Positions 61,273 to 64,000 of a stretch of DNA of 64,000 nt are shown here, in pieces. Under the pieces are notes generated by a model. It was given only the letters and a program-made list of their open reading frames with translations, made no database searches and was not told the DNA's origin. Source of the stretch: Spirochaetia bacterium (GTDB taxonomy: Bacteria > Spirochaetota > Spirochaetia > SP-2023). The stretch lies in the NCBI GenBank assembly GCA_965225855.1, contig CBDDCK010000005.1:320001-384000 (forward strand). The letters run 5' to 3'. The translations under genes were made by a program, and so were the position numbers. The stretch's first letter is position 1. Every line of letters begins with the position of its first letter.

Positions 61273-61476
61273 ATGAAAGAAAAATCAATGCCCATAAAAA
61301 AAATCTTGGATTACCAAGAAAATATATACGAGTTGACAAATGCTGTAATCAAGCGTTCTAAACAAGTAACCCAAGCTGGTTGTGAAGAATTAGAAATGTA
61401 TCAAAACAAACCTATTTCTTTATCTATGGACGAAATATTGAGCAATAAAGTTTTGTTTTTCAATAAATTGAACTAG
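61273..61476 (+). CDS. rpoZ: RNA polymerase omega subunit, spirochaete type
   Basis: MPIKKILDYQENIYELTNAVIKRSKQV..KPISLSMDEILSNKV; located upstream of miaA. Confidence 0.75.
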   Translation: MKEKSMPIKKILDYQENIYELTNAVIKRSKQVTQAGCEELEMYQNKPISLSMDEILSNKVLFFNKLN

Positions 61477-61517
61477 AGAGCATATCATTTGTGCAGATTA
61501 TCCATTAAACAGCAGAG

Positions 61518-62504
61518 ATGGCTTGTGAATTGACCCCTCAAAAAGTGGTTATTGTAACAGGCCCCACCGCCATAGGTAAAACAGCCACTCTACAAAAAAT
61601 ACAGCAATATATCCAAAACCAGTTTGCCCAACATAACAGCAATATACATGGGATTGAAATTATTAATTGTGATTCGATTCAAGTATATCAATATTTAGAC
61701 ATTGGTAGTGCAAAGCCTTCACCTCAATTGCGTTCAGAATTACCTCACCATCTAATTGATATTCTGAATCCTAAAGAAAAATTTACCGCTGGGGACTTTG
61801 TGCGCCAATGCAACAAGATAATTCCCCAAATTGCTGCACGCCAGAATATCCCCATTATTTCCGGTGGCAATGTCTTTTATCTAAAAAACTTTCTCTACGG
61901 GCTATCCAATATTCCAGCTATTTCAAACGTATTCCGCGCCGGGTTGGAACAAATGAGCCTAAAAGAGCTAGGCGAGAAACTAAAAGAATTGGATTTCCAA
62001 AGTTGGCAGCGTATAGCTCCAAATGATAGGCAACGATTGATTCGTGCTTGTGAAGTTAGTTTGGAAACTGGAAGGTCATTTTCCAGCTACAAAACGAATA
62101 ATGAAATTCGCAAGGAATATCAGCCGTTAATCATCAATCTATCTTTGCAAAATAATCTACAATGGGAAGACCTTTATCAGCACATTAATTTGCGTGTAGA
62201 AAATATGTTTTTAGCGGGCCTTGAGCAAGAAATTGAAATGCTAAAACAGATGGGCTTTAATGGACAAGAACATGGGCTACAAGGAATTGGCTACCGAGAA
62301 TTCTTTGAGAAAAACAACCAAGAAAAACAGCCAGACACCCCAGAAGAAAGCAAAAAGCAATTGATAGAGAAAATCCAGCAAAACAGCAGAAACTACGCAA
62401 AAAGGCAAAAAACATTCCTCAAACAATTGCCTAATTGCGAATATTTTAATACCAGTGCTGCAATATTGATAAGTAAAAGGATATTAGAATTCTATATGAT
62501 GTAA
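61518..62504 (+). CDS. miaA: tRNA dimethylallyltransferase
   Basis: GPTAIGKT, EIINCDSIQVY..LDIGSAKP, PHHLID, NDRQRLIRA, GIGYREF, RNYAKRQKTF. Confidence 0.97.
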   Translation: MACELTPQKVVIVTGPTAIGKTATLQKIQQYIQNQFAQHNSNIHGIEIINCDSIQVYQYLDIGSAKPSPQLRSELPHHLIDILNPKEKFTAGDFVRQCNKIIPQIAARQNIPIISGGNVFYLKNFLYGLSNIPAISNVFRAGLEQMSLKELGEKLKELDFQSWQRIAPNDRQRLIRACEVSLETGRSFSSYKTNNEIRKEYQPLIINLSLQNNLQWEDLYQHINLRVENMFLAGLEQEIEMLKQMGFNGQEHGLQGIGYREFFEKNNQEKQPDTPEESKKQLIEKIQQNSRNYAKRQKTFLKQLPNCEYFNTSAAILISKRILEFYMM

Positions 62505-62536
62505 ACAGAAGCTAACTTCATAAAATACAAAATACA

Positions 62537-62617
62537 TGGGGAGAGAGGGATTCGAACCCACGAAGCTCACGCAACAGATTTACAGTCTGCCCCCTTTGAC
62601 CGCTCGGGAACCTCCCC
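62537..62617 (-). tRNA. tRNA-Tyr (GTA), CCA not encoded
   Basis: GGGGAGGTTCCCGAGCGGTCAAAGGGGGCAGACTGTAAATCTGT..GGGTTCGAATCCCTCTCTCCCCA cloverleaf with long variable arm. Confidence 0.95.
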
Positions 62618-62633
62618 TAATAAACGCCTTTAT

Positions 62634-62707
62634 AGCCGTCTGTCAGATTCGAACTGACGACCCCGAGATTACAAATCACGTGCTCTAACCAGCTGAGCTA
62701 AGACGGC
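62634..62707 (-). tRNA. tRNA-Thr (TGT), CCA not encoded
   Basis: GCCGTCTTAGCTCAGCTGGTTAGAGCACGTGATTTGTAATCTCGGGGTCGTCAGTTCGAATCTGACAGACGGCT. Confidence 0.95.
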
Positions 62708-62738
62708 ATATCTATAGCGTTCACTAAGAATGGGCGGC

Positions 62739-62766
62739 ATTATAAATATTGGTTTGATCGTGTCAA
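62739..62766 (-). promoter_or_regulatory. Stable-RNA promoter for tRNA-Thr/Tyr
   Basis: Minus strand TTGACA-16 nt-TATAAT followed by GC-rich discriminator GCCGCCC. Confidence 0.85.
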
Positions 62767-62796
62767 GTCTATTTATAAAAATTTCCTGCTAAATAT

Positions 62797-63663
62797 CTAT
62801 TGAGTTTCGACGCGATAATTATTTCCTTGCAAAACCTGACTTTTCAGTTGCTCAGCACGCTTGCGGACTTCACTAGAAATTGCAGCGGAAGCAGCCCAGT
62901 CATAAAAACTCGCAGCCTCATTCAATTGACCCAAACCATAAGCAGCTTGGGCCCGTATGAATAATGCGCTTATATCTTTGTTTTTTGGACTTTGCCCGTA
63001 GTTATTGGCTATACGTTGGGCCTCTCGCAAAGTCTTAGCGCGTGGTCTTGGGCTTGCTTTTTTGCTAATATTGCGCTTAGCTATATAGCGGTCTAGTAAC
63101 TGTGCTGTCTCTGTATAATCCTGCTGTTCAAACAGTTTCAATACTGCTAAGCCATATAAAGAATCTGTATAGTCAGACTTAATTTCTAAAGAGCGTTGGT
63201 AATCCCATATAGCCTGTTGCAAATAGTTACTACGCTTTTCTCCTTCAATACTGTTCTTCATCAACCAAGCAGAACACAAGGCTCGGTAATAAAATAAAGT
63301 AGCATTATTTCCTTCGTAATCAATAGCTGCGTTAAAATAAAGCCGTGCTTCATGATACATGCCGTAATCCATAAAAATTAAAGCAATTGCTTGCCTGCGG
63401 TTCGCATAACGAGAACGCTGCAACAGCGGCTCCTGTATATCTTTGCTTAAAGAAAGCAATTCTTTATTTAAATCTTTTAAACGCAATTCTTGGGCTTTAC
63501 TCAAACCTTTACTGCGAAGGGTGTCTAGTGGTATTTGCTCTTCAATACTTAGCAATTTTTCACTCAAGTTTATCCCATTTTTTGCTGAACAAGAAAATAC
63601 CAAAAGCATGAAAGTCAGCCACCGTTTACATCTATATATATTTTTTAAATACTTCCATGCCAT
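62797..63663 (-). CDS. TPR-containing putative lipoprotein
   Basis: LLVFS|C lipobox-like segment, TPR-like helices (ATLFYYRALC, DSLYGLAVL, ALFIRAQAAY). Confidence 0.7.
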   Translation of the reverse strand: MAWKYLKNIYRCKRWLTFMLLVFSCSAKNGINLSEKLLSIEEQIPLDTLRSKGLSKAQELRLKDLNKELLSLSKDIQEPLLQRSRYANRRQAIALIFMDYGMYHEARLYFNAAIDYEGNNATLFYYRALCSAWLMKNSIEGEKRSNYLQQAIWDYQRSLEIKSDYTDSLYGLAVLKLFEQQDYTETAQLLDRYIAKRNISKKASPRPRAKTLREAQRIANNYGQSPKNKDISALFIRAQAAYGLGQLNEAASFYDWAASAAISSEVRKRAEQLKSQVLQGNNYRVETQ

Positions 63664-63686
63664 AATTTGTCCCTTTTATTTCTATA

Positions 63687-64000
63687 TTAATCGCCCAGTT
63701 TTTCATGCTCTTTGGCTAGATTTTCGGTTGTCAAATGGGTATAGATTTGAGTAGTAACCAAATTACTATGCCCGAGCATCTCTTGAACAGAACGCAAATC
63801 GGCACTACCCTGCAATAAATGGGTGGCAAATGAATGCCTTAGGGTATGCAGCTTACATTCCAGCCCAGCGAAACTCGCATATTCTTTAAAGCGTTTCCAC
63901 AAACCTTTACGGCTCAGAGTTTGCCCGTGCTGATTGACAAATAGCAAATTTGGTGTTTTAGGGCTCAACGCAGGTAATCCTTCTTGTAAATATTTTTTCA
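63687..64000 (-). CDS. Xer-family tyrosine recombinase, C-terminal part (gene starts beyond the window)
   Basis: [43 protein letters not shown]. XerC and XerD cannot be distinguished from this fragment. Confidence 0.92.
   Translation of the reverse strand, partial: KKYLQEGLPALSPKTPNLLFVNQHGQTLSRKGLWKRFKEYASFAGLECKLHTLRHSFATHLLQGSADLRSVQEMLGHSNLVTTQIYTHLTTENLAKEHEKLGD

Noticed and set aside
63687..64000. Phage/ICE integrase next to tRNAs
   Set aside because: The sequence looks like housekeeping XerC/D ([17 protein letters not shown]); no att duplication of the tRNA ends or cargo was seen

Overview
64-kb chromosomal segment of a low-GC spirochaete. The Spirochaetales-like assignment rests on 16S signatures, class I LysRS and spirochaete-type rpsU/rpoZ/secG-SurA-nusB context. 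It carries a stand-alone 16S rRNA gene with an enlarged V5 helix, tRNA-Thr/Tyr and many housekeeping genes (hisF end, birA, lysS, tal, mutS, murB, rpsU, recJ, yajC-secDF, ispH, tpiA, secG, nusB, recQ, apt, pdxS, rpoZ, miaA, xer end). The main accessory signals are these. (1) Three dispersed paralogous surface lipoproteins are built from shuffled ~120-aa Ig-like modules. Two of them sit in inverted, duplicated cassettes whose promoters differ in poly-C spacer length, suggesting a phase/antigenic variation system. (2) A 19x23-bp non-coding tandem array lies directly behind one of these genes. (3) A sugar-ABC + PLP C-S/C-O lyase + cytoplasmic GH20 operon may catabolise glyco-amino acids. (4) rpsU has a 12-nt perfect Shine-Dalgarno that covers its ATG, implying an ATA start and possible autoregulation. 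(5) Several accessory genes are decayed. All calls come from reading the sequence and recognising motifs; no searches were run.
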